Of a DNA stretch of 64,000 nucleotides, positions 10,699 to 22,230 are shown in pieces. Within the stretch, counting starts at the first letter, position 1. The number at the start of each line of letters is the position of its first letter. Below the pieces are notes generated by a model. It saw only the letters and a program-made list of their open reading frames with translations, ran no database searches and was not told where the DNA came from. The stretch covers positions 124,001 through 188,000 of the forward strand of contig CDRNVI010000032.1 in assembly GCA_977017575.1 (NCBI GenBank), read 5' to 3'. A program made the position numbers and the translations under genes. This DNA comes from Paramoeba atlantica. Taxonomy: Eukaryota; Protista; Discosea.

Positions 10699-11359
10699 TT
10701 ACTTCTTCTGATCTCCAAATATTACGTTTTTAGGCACTCCATGAGGAGTAGCAAAGTAGTTTTGCATAAGATCGAGTCGCACATTTACAGAAAGTCGTGT
10801 CAAGTCCAAGCTACCAGAAAGATTATTCGAACTCAGGTCCAGGGCTTTCAGACATCCAGGAAGTCGGGTAAGATCAATCTCGCCTTCAAATCGATTGTGA
10901 TCTAAATGCAAAAGTTCCAATGCACTGGGTAGATCTGTCAGATCTAACGGCCCACTGCATTCGTTGCTGCCGATTTTAAAAATCATTAAGCGATTTGGTA
11001 GCATGGGAAGCTGCACAGGCCCTACTAAATTCTGCAGGGTCGCTGTAAAGGAAATTAACGTATGTGGTATGTATTCCCACAACAATTCACCCTCCAACGT
11101 AGGAGATTCCGGATACGCAGTCATCAGAATCGGAAAGTAGGCTACAAGGTTCATTATTATCCCACTCAAAGGCAGTTACTTGCTTTTCCGCATTGCATCG
11201 TACAAATCGCCACTCACATGCGGGAGTAGTCTCCGTCCATGATTCCTCCTTGTCCACTAGGTTCCCCACAAATCGAGACAATGTGTATTCCAATGGTAAC
11301 AGAGTGTCGCGTACTCTGTTTGGTCGAAGTGATGAGTCGGCCATTCGAAGTAAACGCAT
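10699..11359 (-). pseudogene. LRR family copy 2, frameshifted near 11110
   Basis: Leader and cap (RVRDTLLPLEY, ACEWRFVRC) in ORF 11087-11359; LRRs (GEIDLTRLP) in a different frame, ORF 10699-11169; could be an assembly indel. Confidence 0.7.
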
Positions 11360-11778
11360 GCAATGCGAGATTATTGAATATTCAAGTGAAATAATGAACG
11401 TGAAAAGCTATTCAAGAATGTTCATTAATAGTAGTAACCTAGTAAGAAGTAGTGCATTAGTATTACCTCTGGAGGAATGAAGCTAAACACCACTGAGCAA
11501 CATGTAACTGTATGAGCTCATATTCCTAGACAAAAATTTTCGCACCAATTCGGCAAATTCTAATTTGGTAGTAAACAACCGCGAATTGAATCCAGGGTGT
11601 GGAAGTATGATATCAAGAAAACACCCCCTTATCGTCGTACAACCGTGTTGTCATGTTTTCTGTTCCAGCTCTGAAAAATGCGGTCAGATCCCCATTTACA
11701 TGACCCTCTCTACCGGGAAAAAAATACACCACACGAATGCACATTCCTCGTCACAAACTTATCACTCTCCTCCCACGT

Positions 11779-12972
11779 TCATCCCCTCCCCACGGCCGCG
11801 GACGGGAAGTGGGACGCCACCACCCTCTCCAGTGCCTCACTCTCCACACTACATCCAATCCCCAAACTATTCAAAAAGTGTATCACCGAGGAGGCCCCAA
11901 GAAGACCACCGGGATGAAACAAATCCCCCGGGGTTTCAACCCCAGTGGCTTCACCTGTTTTTGTTGCCGTCCAACTTGTGCTCGTTCTCACCAACTCACA
12001 CAATGGGTCACAACTGATTTGGGTAATCCCACTACTTATGGCAACATAAACCGCATGCAGCCCATGGTGACGACCTCTTAAATACATGGCGTTCCTAACT
12101 CTACTCTCACCATCATCTCTATTTGGATAACGACCTCTATTTTTATTCGAATCTTGATTTCTTAAATACATATTATTATTATTATTATTCTTATTCGTAT
12201 CGTCATTATCATAATAACCCCCACCCCCTCCCACCCCCACCCGCGGTTCATACACCAAAGCCCCCCTCGGGACACCGCTGCACGCGAGCGTACGCAGCAG
12301 CGTCTGCAGGTACTGCGTCCCGGGGACTTGAGGCCCGGGGGGCAGGAAGTCCGAGAGCACCACGCGGGAGGCCCCGGCCGACAGCGCGTGCTGGACCACC
12401 GCGACGACCTCATAGGCCGGGATGAAGTGGTGGTAGGGACAGTGGCAGACGGCATGGAGCCGTGCCTCGAGGGGAGGGGTAGAAGAATCGGGGCTGGGGC
12501 TATCAAGATGGGATGATGGGGATGGGGGGGGAGAACATAAAAAAGATTGCATGGTGGTGGTAGAAAGGGTGTTAAGGGTGGAAAAGGGGGTTTTAAAGTG
12601 GTGTGTGCAGTAGGTGGGGGAAGGGCTCATGGGGAAGATGAGGCGGTGGTGGGGGTGGGGGGCTTCAGGAGGGGTGGAGTTGTGGGAGGGGGTGTCCAAA
12701 TGATGGGGTTTGGAGAGAGGTAATGAAACGCGTGTGTCGGGGGTTTCCACAAAAGAAAAGCCTGCGCGGTTAAGATCGTAGGCGAGACGTTGTGTTGGTG
12801 AGGAAGAATCTTTCGGCAGGGTCTGTTTTATGTCCGGAAGTGTGGTGAGAGAAGGGAGTACAGCACGGAGCTCGATGGCAGACCCCAATCCTTTGTGTTG
12901 GATCAGCGCTGGTCGGTGGGATGATCTTCGGACGGCATAGGTAAGCAGATTTGCTTTTGTAGAACTCAACAT
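11779..12972 (-). CDS. Degenerate HMG-CoA lyase-like (DRE-TIM barrel) protein
   Basis: LNRAGFSFVET, AVCHCPY..IPAYEVVAVVQHALSAGASRVVLSD and VIHFLNSLGIGCSVESEALERV track HMGCL segments; RDGLQ and HxHDT motifs not seen. Confidence 0.55.
   Translation of the reverse strand: MLSSTKANLLTYAVRRSSHRPALIQHKGLGSAIELRAVLPSLTTLPDIKQTLPKDSSSPTQRLAYDLNRAGFSFVETPDTRVSLPLSKPHHLDTPSHNSTPPEAPHPHHRLIFPMSPSPTYCTHHFKTPFSTLNTLSTTTMQSFLCSPPPSPSSHLDSPSPDSSTPPLEARLHAVCHCPYHHFIPAYEVVAVVQHALSAGASRVVLSDFLPPGPQVPGTQYLQTLLRTLACSGVPRGALVYEPRVGVGGGGGYYDNDDTNKNNNNNNMYLRNQDSNKNRGRYPNRDDGESRVRNAMYLRGRHHGLHAVYVAISSGITQISCDPLCELVRTSTSWTATKTGEATGVETPGDLFHPGGLLGASSVIHFLNSLGIGCSVESEALERVVASHFPSAAVGRG
12215..12720. other. Intragenic GC island with skew inversion (island 2)
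   Basis: Plus strand 12241-12300 C25:G16 preceded by a near-pure C tract at 12221-12240; 12661-12720 C4:G32. Confidence 0.85.
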
Positions 12973-13181
12973 CGATGCAGAACATTAGAATGCGTTGCAA
13001 AGCTAAAAAATTATTCCCTACTGTACACATGCTTTTCTACTATGTATATATTAAAATGGAAATAAATTATTTCAAATAATGAAGACAATGAATAACACAT
13101 TGCAGTCAGCGATATAAAAAAAGTAAATCAATTGAGGTGCATTCTTACGAAGTAAGAACAACTATTCTTACTAAGTAATAC

Positions 13182-14018
13182 TCATTCTTTATCCTCTGGA
13201 GGATTCGGCAAATCTTCGTCTTCTCCGTATTGCAATACATAGTCCAAAGTACTGAAGGTATTCATAATACCCTCTTCATCGTGTACGCTCCAGGGAATAA
13301 AGTTTACAAGATTAAAATCTTCGATTAAGGAGCATAACGCATTTCGAAGAGACTCGGATTTTACCATCTTAGATTGCGCTCGTCCATCACTGTCTAGTGC
13401 AAAATTGACTGATGAATCAATGAAGTCGCAGTTTAAAAATCTTTCCAGATTGTCCTTTTCTTGTCCTTGCAAGAGATCCGTTTTCGACAAGAAGGTAAGA
13501 AAGGGTGTATCCAACGCTACCATAGCACTAAGAGCGCATAAACAACCGCTAACGTATTTATTTCGGTCGATTACAACCGACTGAGCATCAAGAAGAAAAC
13601 ACACTACTACGTGATACGAACCCAATCTAGAGAGTCGATGTGCAAGCTGTGGCACAATCGGTATTTGTGACAGGAGCTCTATTTGGCCCGGAAGGTCAAA
13701 AATTAAGAAATCGTCGTCGTACTGACCTGAGAAGTTATGTTGAAGCCAATCTTCTTCTTCTAGCAGACCTTCCATAAGCGCGACAAGAGCTCCGTTTGGG
13801 CCCAAACCTTCTGAGCGTTGTGTGTCCTCCACCGTGAGCAGATCGCGTACGTCGTAGCTTGCGTTGTAAGGGACATTCAGTACAGCGGGGTCAAGATTTA
13901 CTACATGCACCGTACGTTTTGGACTCGCCACTGTGAGTGCGTGTTCTTGCAAACAAGCACAGAAAGTAGTCTTGCCGCTTCCAGCTGGTCCTACAACAAG
14001 GATAGCGTAACGACCCAT
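13182..14018 (-). CDS. GPN3: GPN-loop GTPase 3
   Basis: MGRYAILVVGPAGSGKTTFC, VVNLDPA, GLGPNGAL, FDLPGQIEL, DYVLQYGED. Confidence 0.92.
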   Translation of the reverse strand: MGRYAILVVGPAGSGKTTFCACLQEHALTVASPKRTVHVVNLDPAVLNVPYNASYDVRDLLTVEDTQRSEGLGPNGALVALMEGLLEEEDWLQHNFSGQYDDDFLIFDLPGQIELLSQIPIVPQLAHRLSRLGSYHVVVCFLLDAQSVVIDRNKYVSGCLCALSAMVALDTPFLTFLSKTDLLQGQEKDNLERFLNCDFIDSSVNFALDSDGRAQSKMVKSESLRNALCSLIEDFNLVNFIPWSVHDEEGIMNTFSTLDYVLQYGEDEDLPNPPEDKE

Positions 14019-14352
14019 TACATACGCTATAAAACTATAGATAAAAATTTAGTTATAAAATTTATTATAGACAATTTTTTATAGGGCGTTTCTTGACACA
14101 AGGTACATAAGTAAATGATTTAAATACTTTTATTTACATTCTTTTATTTGATAATTGCACTTTCGTAAGAGTGCATACATTTTTACCCATCGTTGTTAAA
14201 AAAACTTAATCTGAGAGGTTGCGGGTACTTCGCCCGAGACCGCACCGAGACCAGGGTTTGTATTTTCGGTGGGAAGAGACAGAAAAACTGGCGAAATGCT
14301 ACATTTTTACTATTATGTTTACGTGGAATTTCCTATTCGATGCACGCTTCTA

Positions 14353-14530
14353 CCGTAGACTCCCCAGTAATAGAATCGATTTTGAGCCAAAATGGCCGAA
14401 TCCTTGCTACTGGGGGGGGGGGTTGGTGGGAAAAGGCCTCTTTTGTTCATGCGTGCGTTGATTTTCAGCCCAGCCAACCCTGCAATTACGCGCAAGTTCC
14501 CTCACCCCGCCCAGCCGCCCCTAGCCCCCC
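14353..14530. mobile_element. Truncated copy of the TA|CCGTA (pogo/Tc2-like) MITE
   Basis: TA|CCGTAGACTCCCCAGTAATAGAATCGATTTTGAGCCAAAATGGCC matches 24243 onward; right TIR absent, followed by a ~21-bp tandem repeat. Confidence 0.75.
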
Positions 14531-14854
14531 ATTATTCAGCTGTATCCCCATCCATTCAGCTGTAGCTCCCATCCATCATCTGTATTCCATCATTACTTTT
14601 CGGAATCTAATCCCCACAACCTTTAATCGAAAACATGTACACGCACTTAATTGACCCCAATTTTTAAATTTCCTGGAAAGGTATTCCTCGGTACCTCAAA
14701 AGAAACGAGTTTCTGAAATACCAATGAATGTGTCGCTTGCACTACTTCCCTAAAACTGATCGAGAAGTTTTCTTCAGTGCACGCAAGTAACTTCTGGAGC
14801 TCAAAATGATTTTGAGCTTTTTTTAAATCCGGATTTTTTGCTTGTTCATCGACG

Positions 14855-15190
14855 CTAGTCTTGCCTCCATATTTCACCACATTCGGTACAGCAATAAAAA
14901 GCTGTCATAGGTTCATCGCCAGAACGAATTTGAATTTGCCTGAAATATGCTTTTTGATTACCGCAAGCTTCCTTCGTGCACAGTATTTCCGTACTTGGCA
15001 AATGTTTAAACTGAGACGGTCCTCCTAATATATCTTCTGCCTTCTTGGGAGTGTATTCTTCGACAAGCACATGCATTTGATCATCGAGTTCAGAGATATC
15101 TTGCTTATAAGGGCAAGTGCGACAGTAATAACGCACTCTCCCAGCACACTCAAGGAAGAGCTGTGTACCACAGTAAGGACAGAATAACAT
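14855..15190 (-). CDS. RPC11: RNA polymerase III subunit C11
   Basis: MLFCPYCG zinc ribbon; C-terminal QIRSGDEPMTAFYCC TFIIS-like ribbon; 111 aa. Confidence 0.92.
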   Translation of the reverse strand: MLFCPYCGTQLFLECAGRVRYYCRTCPYKQDISELDDQMHVLVEEYTPKKAEDILGGPSQFKHLPSTEILCTKEACGNQKAYFRQIQIRSGDEPMTAFYCCTECGEIWRQD

Positions 15191-15543
15191 TTGTTACTTC
15201 ATGCCAGTAAAAACATTAACCTATTAAATATGTAATGAGAAAAAGAAAAACATAATACAAAGTAAAACTATATTGACTATTACGGGCGTCCTTGACTCTC
15301 TTTTGTACAAAGACCAATAAATAGGTTTGTACTTTAATAATTCTCTTATGATTTACTTCTTTTTCTTGTTTTCTTACGATCCAAGTCATAATGTTTCCAA
15401 GCCCCTCGTGATGCAATTATCTGATACTACGTCGCAACATGGTGGCGCATTCCACATTGCACGAGGAATCCTCACTCTATTCCAGTCACAGGGCGTATAA
15501 AAATTAGTTTGCTCGTAAAATAAAATTGTCTATTTGAACCTTA

Positions 15544-15888
15544 CAGTGCCGAATTTTATTACGGAACACTTTATTTACGGAAGAATTTAATTACGGAACA
15601 CCTAATTAAGGAACGCCTGGGGGCTTACGCGGCCTGCGTGGCTCCCAGTGAGACGGAACAAGGTCCGCCATTTTTACAAAACTATTTTCATTCCTCAACA
15701 ATTTTTTTTCCGAAGATTCCAAGACTGTTTTTCACTTATCAAACCTAACTACATGACGTTCCATTGAAGGAAAATTAAAAAGTGAGACTCAAAAGTGAGA
15801 AAAATAAAGAACACATTATTACGAAACACTTTGGCGTCCAAAGGGGGTGTTCCTTAATTAAGGTGTTCCGTAATAACCCCCGGTACTG
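15544..15888. mobile_element. 345-bp TA-flanked MITE with subterminal (A/T)TTACGGAACAC repeats
   Basis: TA|CAGTGCCG ... CGGTACTG|TA; TTACGGAACAC-type motifs repeated at the left end and inverted (GTGTTCC) at the right end. Confidence 0.75.
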
Positions 15889-16489
15889 TAAATAAATTTA
15901 TATAATTTAGGTAAAAACCGAAAGTAAGGATAACTGTAATTAAGCAATGTCCGGTACACAGGAGCCCCCCTTAACAAATTTTTCGTTCGAGGGTAAAGGT
16001 GGTAGTTATGAACAGTGGGGTGAAAATAAGTGCTAAAAAGTAAAACTCCGGTTTTTGAGATCAGTCCATGCGAGACCTACGATACGTACCGTATGTTACG
16101 GGGGTAGTGTATAAGAGAATCCCTCTTACTGGACGTTTATTTAACTCTTACTTTATTAAATTTTTACTGGGCGTTATATCGCGGTTCAGTATGAGATTCC
16201 AAATAGTCATCAAATAAGTTCAGACGGAGACGAACTTATAAAGAAATGTCATCATTTAGCTTCCAATTACTATTAGCACATCGTAGGTAAAGTAGTACTC
16301 CACCTCTCATTAATAATTATAAACCTCTAAAAAAGTTAGTCCGTACCCTAGGTATAATAACCCGGACGGTGGTTTAATGTTGAATCGGGCGAGACTGAGA
16401 TTACAACGGAAAATCATTATACACAGGGAGGGGGACAATGTTTCTGGGGGGGTCTAAAATTTGTAATATTTGTCCAATTTTGGAAAGTA

Positions 16490-17242
16490 CAGTAGTGTTC
16501 AGCCTCTTTTACCCCCCCCCCCCTACAGGTCTTGCATTTTGTTCGATTATGGAAATATTTGTATGGGACTGTTTTTCGACCCAATCGTTCCGAATCCGAG
16601 GTCCTTTTCACTCGTGGACACCTGTATCATACCTAAACCGGGAAAAAAACTGCAAAAAAGTCGATTTTATTTTCACAGAGTACATTTTTTTCAAAATTGG
16701 CACATTTGTTGGTGATTCATGACGAAGAGGCACCGCCCCGTGTGCTTACCTTCTTGCCTCGTGTGCCCCGAGATGCGCACGGCGCTCGCGATCGATTGAG
16801 AGCGACTTAAATTCTATATGACACTCGAAGAACTTCATAAACTTAGCCCCGGGTCCATCATTGAAACTTTTCGTTTTTTTTCTGAAGATTAACCGGAAAC
16901 GTTTAAGAATGCCTTCCGGGACTATAGTAAGCGTTTTCTTTTGGTCAAGGAGGCTAAAGGGCATATGACTAAATACTAGAGATTACTTTGTACTCTTCTT
17001 CCACGTCTTCTGACCTACTTTACTACTCCTATTCATCCGAAAAATTCGAAAAAATGCCCCGAAAAAAGTCGCAATTAGCTTTTTTGACCCCTACCTGGCT
17101 AGGGGGGGTAGGGGGTCGCTCGAGTGAAAAGGACCTCGGATTCGGAACGATTGGGTCGAAAAACAGTCCCATACAAGATATTTCCAAAATCGAACAAAAT
17201 GCAAGACCTGTAGGGGGGGGTAAAAGAGGCTGAACACTACTG
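16490..17242. mobile_element. 753-bp Tc1/mariner-like non-autonomous element with ~125-bp TIRs and TA TSD
   Basis: TA|CAGTAGTGTTCAGCC ... GGCTGAACACTACTG|TA; TIRs 16490-16614 and 17121-17242; joined flanks match the uninterrupted repeat at ~38960-39000. Confidence 0.9.
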
Positions 17243-17379
17243 TAATAGCGCATTCTAGAGCTCTTGGAAGGTCTGATGGTTTTAACATGCAATTTTGCTC
17301 AAAAAGTTCGATTTTACGCAATTATCCCACAGACCCTGAAATATCTTACGAACGATGCTAAGACTACGTATGAGCGCAC

Positions 17380-17700
17380 TATATTAAGTGTGCCAACGCG
17401 GATGTTTATTCTTCCAGAGAAGAAAGGAGGTTGGACCAGTTACGAAGACAAAAGTATATGGTTTTTCACCTAAAATACCAATGCAAAGGTGGGTCATACC
17501 CTTGGCTTCGCATAACTTACATCCCAGCAAGAGGCACTGGAATTCTTCAGCCATGCGACGTATGGCTTTTTAATCGCTTGAAAGTACTACTGGTGTATCA
17601 TAGAACCCAGTTTTTGCTAAATTACTGTCGAGGCCAGCTGACCGCTAACCAGCCAATTGGCAACACCAAAAGTCTCGGATCCCGCCTATGCAAGACACAA
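17380..17700 (+). pseudogene. pogo/Tigger (DDE_1) transposase remnant
   Basis: YIPARGTGILQPCDVWLFNRLK matches the pogo IPxxxTxxLQPLDxxxFxxLK motif; upstream KKGGWT in another frame. Confidence 0.7.
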
Positions 17701-18859
17701 TTGCGAGATGCGATTCAAAAAATTTATGTTTCTTTGGAGACTACTCGCCATCGTGAAGCAACAGTTTCTGAACAGAAAAAAGTTGGCATTCCTCAGCAAA
17801 TCCTGGAAGATCCAGGTAATCAATCAAAAGCTTGGACAAGGAGATTAGGATTATTCTCTTCTGTAGCACAAAGCTTGGAAGTAGAGGAAATTGATTGTGA
17901 GGAAGAGATTTGTGAAATTCCGCAAGAACTTGATGACCATTCTTTTTCAAATTGTTTTTATATCATCCATAGCTGTTTACTTCAATGATTTTATGCGGAT
18001 GGATTTAATACAGGAATTTTATGCAGGAGATTTTATGCATAGTGCAGGAAAGCTACTCAAGGGATAAATATACCGTTTCTGTAAAAAGCAGCTTTTGTCT
18101 GAAAGTTGGGCACAACAAAATTAAGGTCGGGGTTAGTGCACAAAAAACACCTTCTTTTTATAAACTTAAATTTCAGTATGAGATTCCAAATAGTCATCAA
18201 ATAAGTTCAGACGGAGACGAACTTATAAAGAAATGTCATCATTTAGATTCTAATTACTATTACCACTTCGTAGGTAAAGTGATAGTTATAAAAAGCAGGA
18301 AATTCTATACATTCAGTTGTATATGATAGTGATAAAAAATAAGCTGGATGCCTGTTTTTGAGACCTGTACATGTGGGACCTACGTTGTGTTCCTGGGTTA
18401 GTGCACAAAAAAACCCACTGGTTTATTATATCGCATTTCAGTATGAGATTCCAAATAGTCATCAAATAAGTTCAGACAGAGACAAACTTATAAAGAAATA
18501 TCATCACCTAGATTCCAGAGTTTCATAGGTATGAACTGACAACATTTAATTGTCCTTTTTGAGCGGCTTCGGGGAGCAGGCGCCGCGAAGTTCTTTTTCC
18601 CAAAAAGGGGTGAAAGTGAAGTAGGGGGTGCAGATTTTTTTCACCGAGTTCAATTAAGAAAGAAATAATTGAGAAATGCTATTCACCTTTTTATCCCTTT
18701 AGTATTAAATTTCACCGTTTCATTCAATACCAAATAGGGGGGGACTGCACACGCTTTGCTTTCGAGGGAGGAATACAAGGGGCAGTCAGTACCGAACAAG
18801 CCGCAGTATAAAGGAAGCGCAGTAATTTGTTTTCGGGCTATTTCATTGATGTCCGCATG

Positions 18860-19277
18860 GTAATTGATACAGTTCCACGTTGTGTCGACGTTCTGGATGA
18901 TTGTTATCAATCTAAGCACGCTGAAACTCCCACGATAATATGATAGTGGATGATTGTGGAATATTAAACATATTATCAAACTTAACCTACATTGCCTGGA
19001 TGATGGTGATTTTTACCAAACATCTTATAAGATTACTCCTTTTGAGAACACCAGACATGGCCCCCAAACGCTCACTATAAAATATGAGTATGAAAGTAAA
19101 GCCCTTGAAAAGCTGGAATTCAATCAGCAACTTGCCCAAAATTGCTCTCGCATTGAGCACGTATTTAGCCGTGCTTGTGTAGGTGGCTGGAAATTGGACT
19201 CGGAATTGAAACTTTTTGTTTTACACGTTCTGATGTGTTCTGATAATTCACAACGTCGAAATGTTTTTACACCATAA
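18860..19277 (+). pseudogene. Possible PIF/Harbinger (DDE_Tnp_4) transposase remnant
   Basis: DDGDFYQTSYKITPF and EFNQQLAQNCSRIEHVFSR resemble GDxAY..TPF and FNxxxSxxRxxVExxFG; upstream MVIDTVP in another frame. Confidence 0.4.
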
Positions 19278-19621
19278 AACAGTAGGAAAGTACGAAAAAA
19301 AGGGAACAATGTGGGGCGCCATATTTTGAACTGATGCACTATGCACTTAACTGATATTCTACGCTCTTAAAAAAGGAAACCAAGAGATAGTACAAGTGTA
19401 TAAGAAAAAAATTGAATGTAATTGCTGTATATACATTTTTATGTACAAAGATATCCTCAAGCATCGAAAAAGCGTGAAGTGATAATAAGGAGCGTGAAGT
19501 GATAATTTCACTTGTCAAGTGATAACAAGCAACAGAGCTACAAAACTAGCAAAAAAAACTTTAAAATCTGCTATAATTATGCTTGTACTCATTTTTAGTA
19601 CCTTTTAGTACTCATCAAAAC

Positions 19622-22066
19622 TTACTTTGGTGTAATAGCCCCCGAAGTAGTAGGACGAAGCGCGGGATGATTCGGATGAACAGCAATTCCTAATTCATCT
19701 TTAGGAGACGTTTCAACACGTATATCTTCACCGTCTCTGATGCGTCCGTCTATTAACATATGCGCAATTTGGTTAAGAACTGTACCTTGCAATATACGGC
19801 GCAGAGGACGGGCCCCGTAAAGCGGACTGTATGCAATGCTAGAAATTTGGTCCAAAGCCTTGGAACCGACTTTAAGCTTAAGTTGACGCTCCGAAAGGAT
19901 TCCCTGTAGCTGATCGAGTTGGATTTTCACGATCTGTTTGATATGCTTGCGCTGTAAGCGATTAAAGAGAATAATGTCATCCAAGCGATTGATGAACTCG
20001 GGAGGAAGACGTGATTGAACGACTCTCATAATGTCCTCTTGTATTGTGCTGCTCGGCTGGTCCTCCGGAAGGGCTGCAATGAGATCAGATGCAAGATTGC
20101 TTGTTAGTATGATAATAGTGTTCTTAAAGTCAACTCGACGCCCATGAGAATCTGTTAAGTGTCCGTCGTCCATCACTTGCAGCAGAATGTTTGACACAGA
20201 AGGATGTGCTTTCTCAAACTCATCAAAAAGAACGATCTGGTAAGGTCGTCGTCGAACGCTTTCGGTAAGCTCACCACCGTCTTCATATCCCACGTAGCCT
20301 GGTGGGGCGCCAATAAGGCGATGCACGGTATGTCGCTCTTGATACTCACTCATATCAATACGACAAATATGGCTCTCGTCGTCAAAAAGAAACTTTGCCA
20401 GCTGCTTTGCTACTTCTGTTTTGCCCACACCTGTAGGCCCAAGAAAAAGAAAGCTACCAAGTGGTCGTTTCTGGCTGTGAAGCCCGGCTCGGGAAATTCG
20501 AACCACATTTGTGATACAGTCAATAGCATGGTCTTGTCCGATTACGCGTGCTTTGAGGGTAGAGTCCATGTCGATAAGTTTGTCACGCTCGCCTTGCATC
20601 AGATTATGTACAGGAATACCTGTCGCTTTGGAAATAACTCCGGCGATATCAATAGGAGTCACAGATTCGGATACCATAAAATCTTCAGTTCGCGCCTTCT
20701 TTTTGTCTTCTTCGTTTTCAGCTTTCAGTTTAGGAATTCGACTATATTTGAGTTCTGAAGCTTTGTGATAATCTGACGTGTTTGTGGCAATATCAAGTTG
20801 ACTTTGTAAATTTTCGATCTCTTCGGTGCGCCGCTTGATACGATCAAAAAGCGATTTCTGTTCATTCCATTTGCTTTCAAGCTCGGCGTACGCTTTCTGC
20901 TTGCCTGCGATTTCTTCTTCTTTCGTTTTGACTTTTGCTTTGCTCAACTCGTCCCGATCTTTGCGTAAAGCCTCAAGCTCGATACGAAGGCGAACAAGTT
21001 CCCTTTCGGCACTGTCTACAATCTCCGGCTTACTCTCCTGTTGTAGCCGAAGCCGTGAAGCTGCTTCGTCAATCAGATCAATTGCTTTGTCCGGTAATTT
21101 ACGATCTGAAATATACTTATGAGAGTTCACGGCTGAGTAAATCAGTGCACTATCGTTAATCATACATCCGTGGTGTGCCTCGTATTTACCTTTGAGACCA
21201 CGTAAAACTGCAATGGTCTCTTCTACGGTAGGCTCTTCCACAAGTACGCTCTGGAATCGCCGTGCCAAGGCCGCGTCCTTTTCGATATGCTTTCGATACT
21301 CATTTAGCGTTGTCGCACCGACGCAATGGAGCTCGCCGCGTGCAAGAGAAGGCTTTAGCATATTCGAGGCATCCATGGAACCGTCTCCAGAAGACCCAGC
21401 TCCGACCAGCGTGTGTAGCTCATCAATAAAGAGAATAACGGAGCCCTTAGCGTCGATGGTATCGCGAAGCACTCCTTTAAGTCGTTCCTCAAATTCCCCA
21501 CGAAATTTTGCACCAGCAAGCAGCGATCCAATATCCAGTGCAAACACTTTTTTATTTTTGATGCTTTCTGGGACTTCCTTTTTTATGATCCGTTGTGCAA
21601 GACCTTCCACAATAGCCGTCTTTCCTACGCCTGGTTCTCCTATGAGCACAGGATTGTTCTTCGTTCGGCGGGATAACACTTGAATTGTTCGACGAATAAC
21701 TTCCTCGCGACCGATTACGGGATCAAGCTTTCCATTGGCTGCCTCCTCGGTGAGGTCTCTCGCATATTTTTTTAAATGATCACCTTGGGGAACAGCTTTC
21801 GGGTTTACCCACTGACGACCGGAAGGTTCGCCACCTTGCGAATTGCCGTTCGCGCCCCGAGACCCAGCGCCGCCCTCTCCCCCACGCCATGGCGTTATAC
21901 TCTGATTTCCATCCACATGTGAGAGAACCGGAGATGAACGCTTAGCATACAACCGAAGTGAATGAGAGAGCGACGATATTGGATAACCAGAAGGAAGTGT
22001 ATAACACAGAGCAGATGTTCGGGACAAAGCGCCTACAGTGGTACGCGAGCCTATGCGACGAAGCAT
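19622..22066 (-). CDS. HSP78: Mitochondrial ClpB/Hsp78 disaggregase
   Basis: Presequence-like MLRRIGSR; two AAA+ domains ([16 protein letters not shown]), M-domain coiled coil, no N-domain. Confidence 0.93.
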   Translation of the reverse strand: MLRRIGSRTTVGALSRTSALCYTLPSGYPISSLSHSLRLYAKRSSPVLSHVDGNQSITPWRGGEGGAGSRGANGNSQGGEPSGRQWVNPKAVPQGDHLKKYARDLTEEAANGKLDPVIGREEVIRRTIQVLSRRTKNNPVLIGEPGVGKTAIVEGLAQRIIKKEVPESIKNKKVFALDIGSLLAGAKFRGEFEERLKGVLRDTIDAKGSVILFIDELHTLVGAGSSGDGSMDASNMLKPSLARGELHCVGATTLNEYRKHIEKDAALARRFQSVLVEEPTVEETIAVLRGLKGKYEAHHGCMINDSALIYSAVNSHKYISDRKLPDKAIDLIDEAASRLRLQQESKPEIVDSAERELVRLRIELEALRKDRDELSKAKVKTKEEEIAGKQKAYAELESKWNEQKSLFDRIKRRTEEIENLQSQLDIATNTSDYHKASELKYSRIPKLKAENEEDKKKARTEDFMVSESVTPIDIAGVISKATGIPVHNLMQGERDKLIDMDSTLKARVIGQDHAIDCITNVVRISRAGLHSQKRPLGSFLFLGPTGVGKTEVAKQLAKFLFDDESHICRIDMSEYQERHTVHRLIGAPPGYVGYEDGGELTESVRRRPYQIVLFDEFEKAHPSVSNILLQVMDDGHLTDSHGRRVDFKNTIIILTSNLASDLIAALPEDQPSSTIQEDIMRVVQSRLPPEFINRLDDIILFNRLQRKHIKQIVKIQLDQLQGILSERQLKLKVGSKALDQISSIAYSPLYGARPLRRILQGTVLNQIAHMLIDGRIRDGEDIRVETSPKDELGIAVHPNHPALRPTTSGAITPK

Positions 22067-22230
22067 GATACGCAAACTGTTGAAAAAGTAAAAAAATGTG
22101 TATTGATGCTTCTAAGAAATTTTCTTATTATCGTAGTATGATTTACCGTACACAATATAAAGATTTAAGCTCACTGCATCGTATGTAATGTGCCACTTCT
22201 AGAAACAGTCATTACGATGACCTTTAAATC

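Larger units (their letters stand above)
16185..18515 (+). repeat. Three dispersed copies of a ~75-bp direct repeat (16185-16260, 18172-18246, 18437-18515)
   Basis: TTCAGTATGAGATTCCAAATAGTCATCAAATAAGTTCAGACGGAGACGAACTTATAAAGAAATGTCATCA; first two identical in the core, third has a few substitutions. Confidence 0.85.

Noticed and set aside
13182-15190. GPN3 next to RPC11 as a functional Pol III assembly cluster
   Set aside because: Polycistronic neighbours in such genomes are usually functionally unrelated; one adjacency is not evidence
16585-16600. GTTCCGAATCC as a tRNA B-box or tRNA gene
   Set aside because: Part of a MITE TIR; no A-box or cloverleaf can be folded
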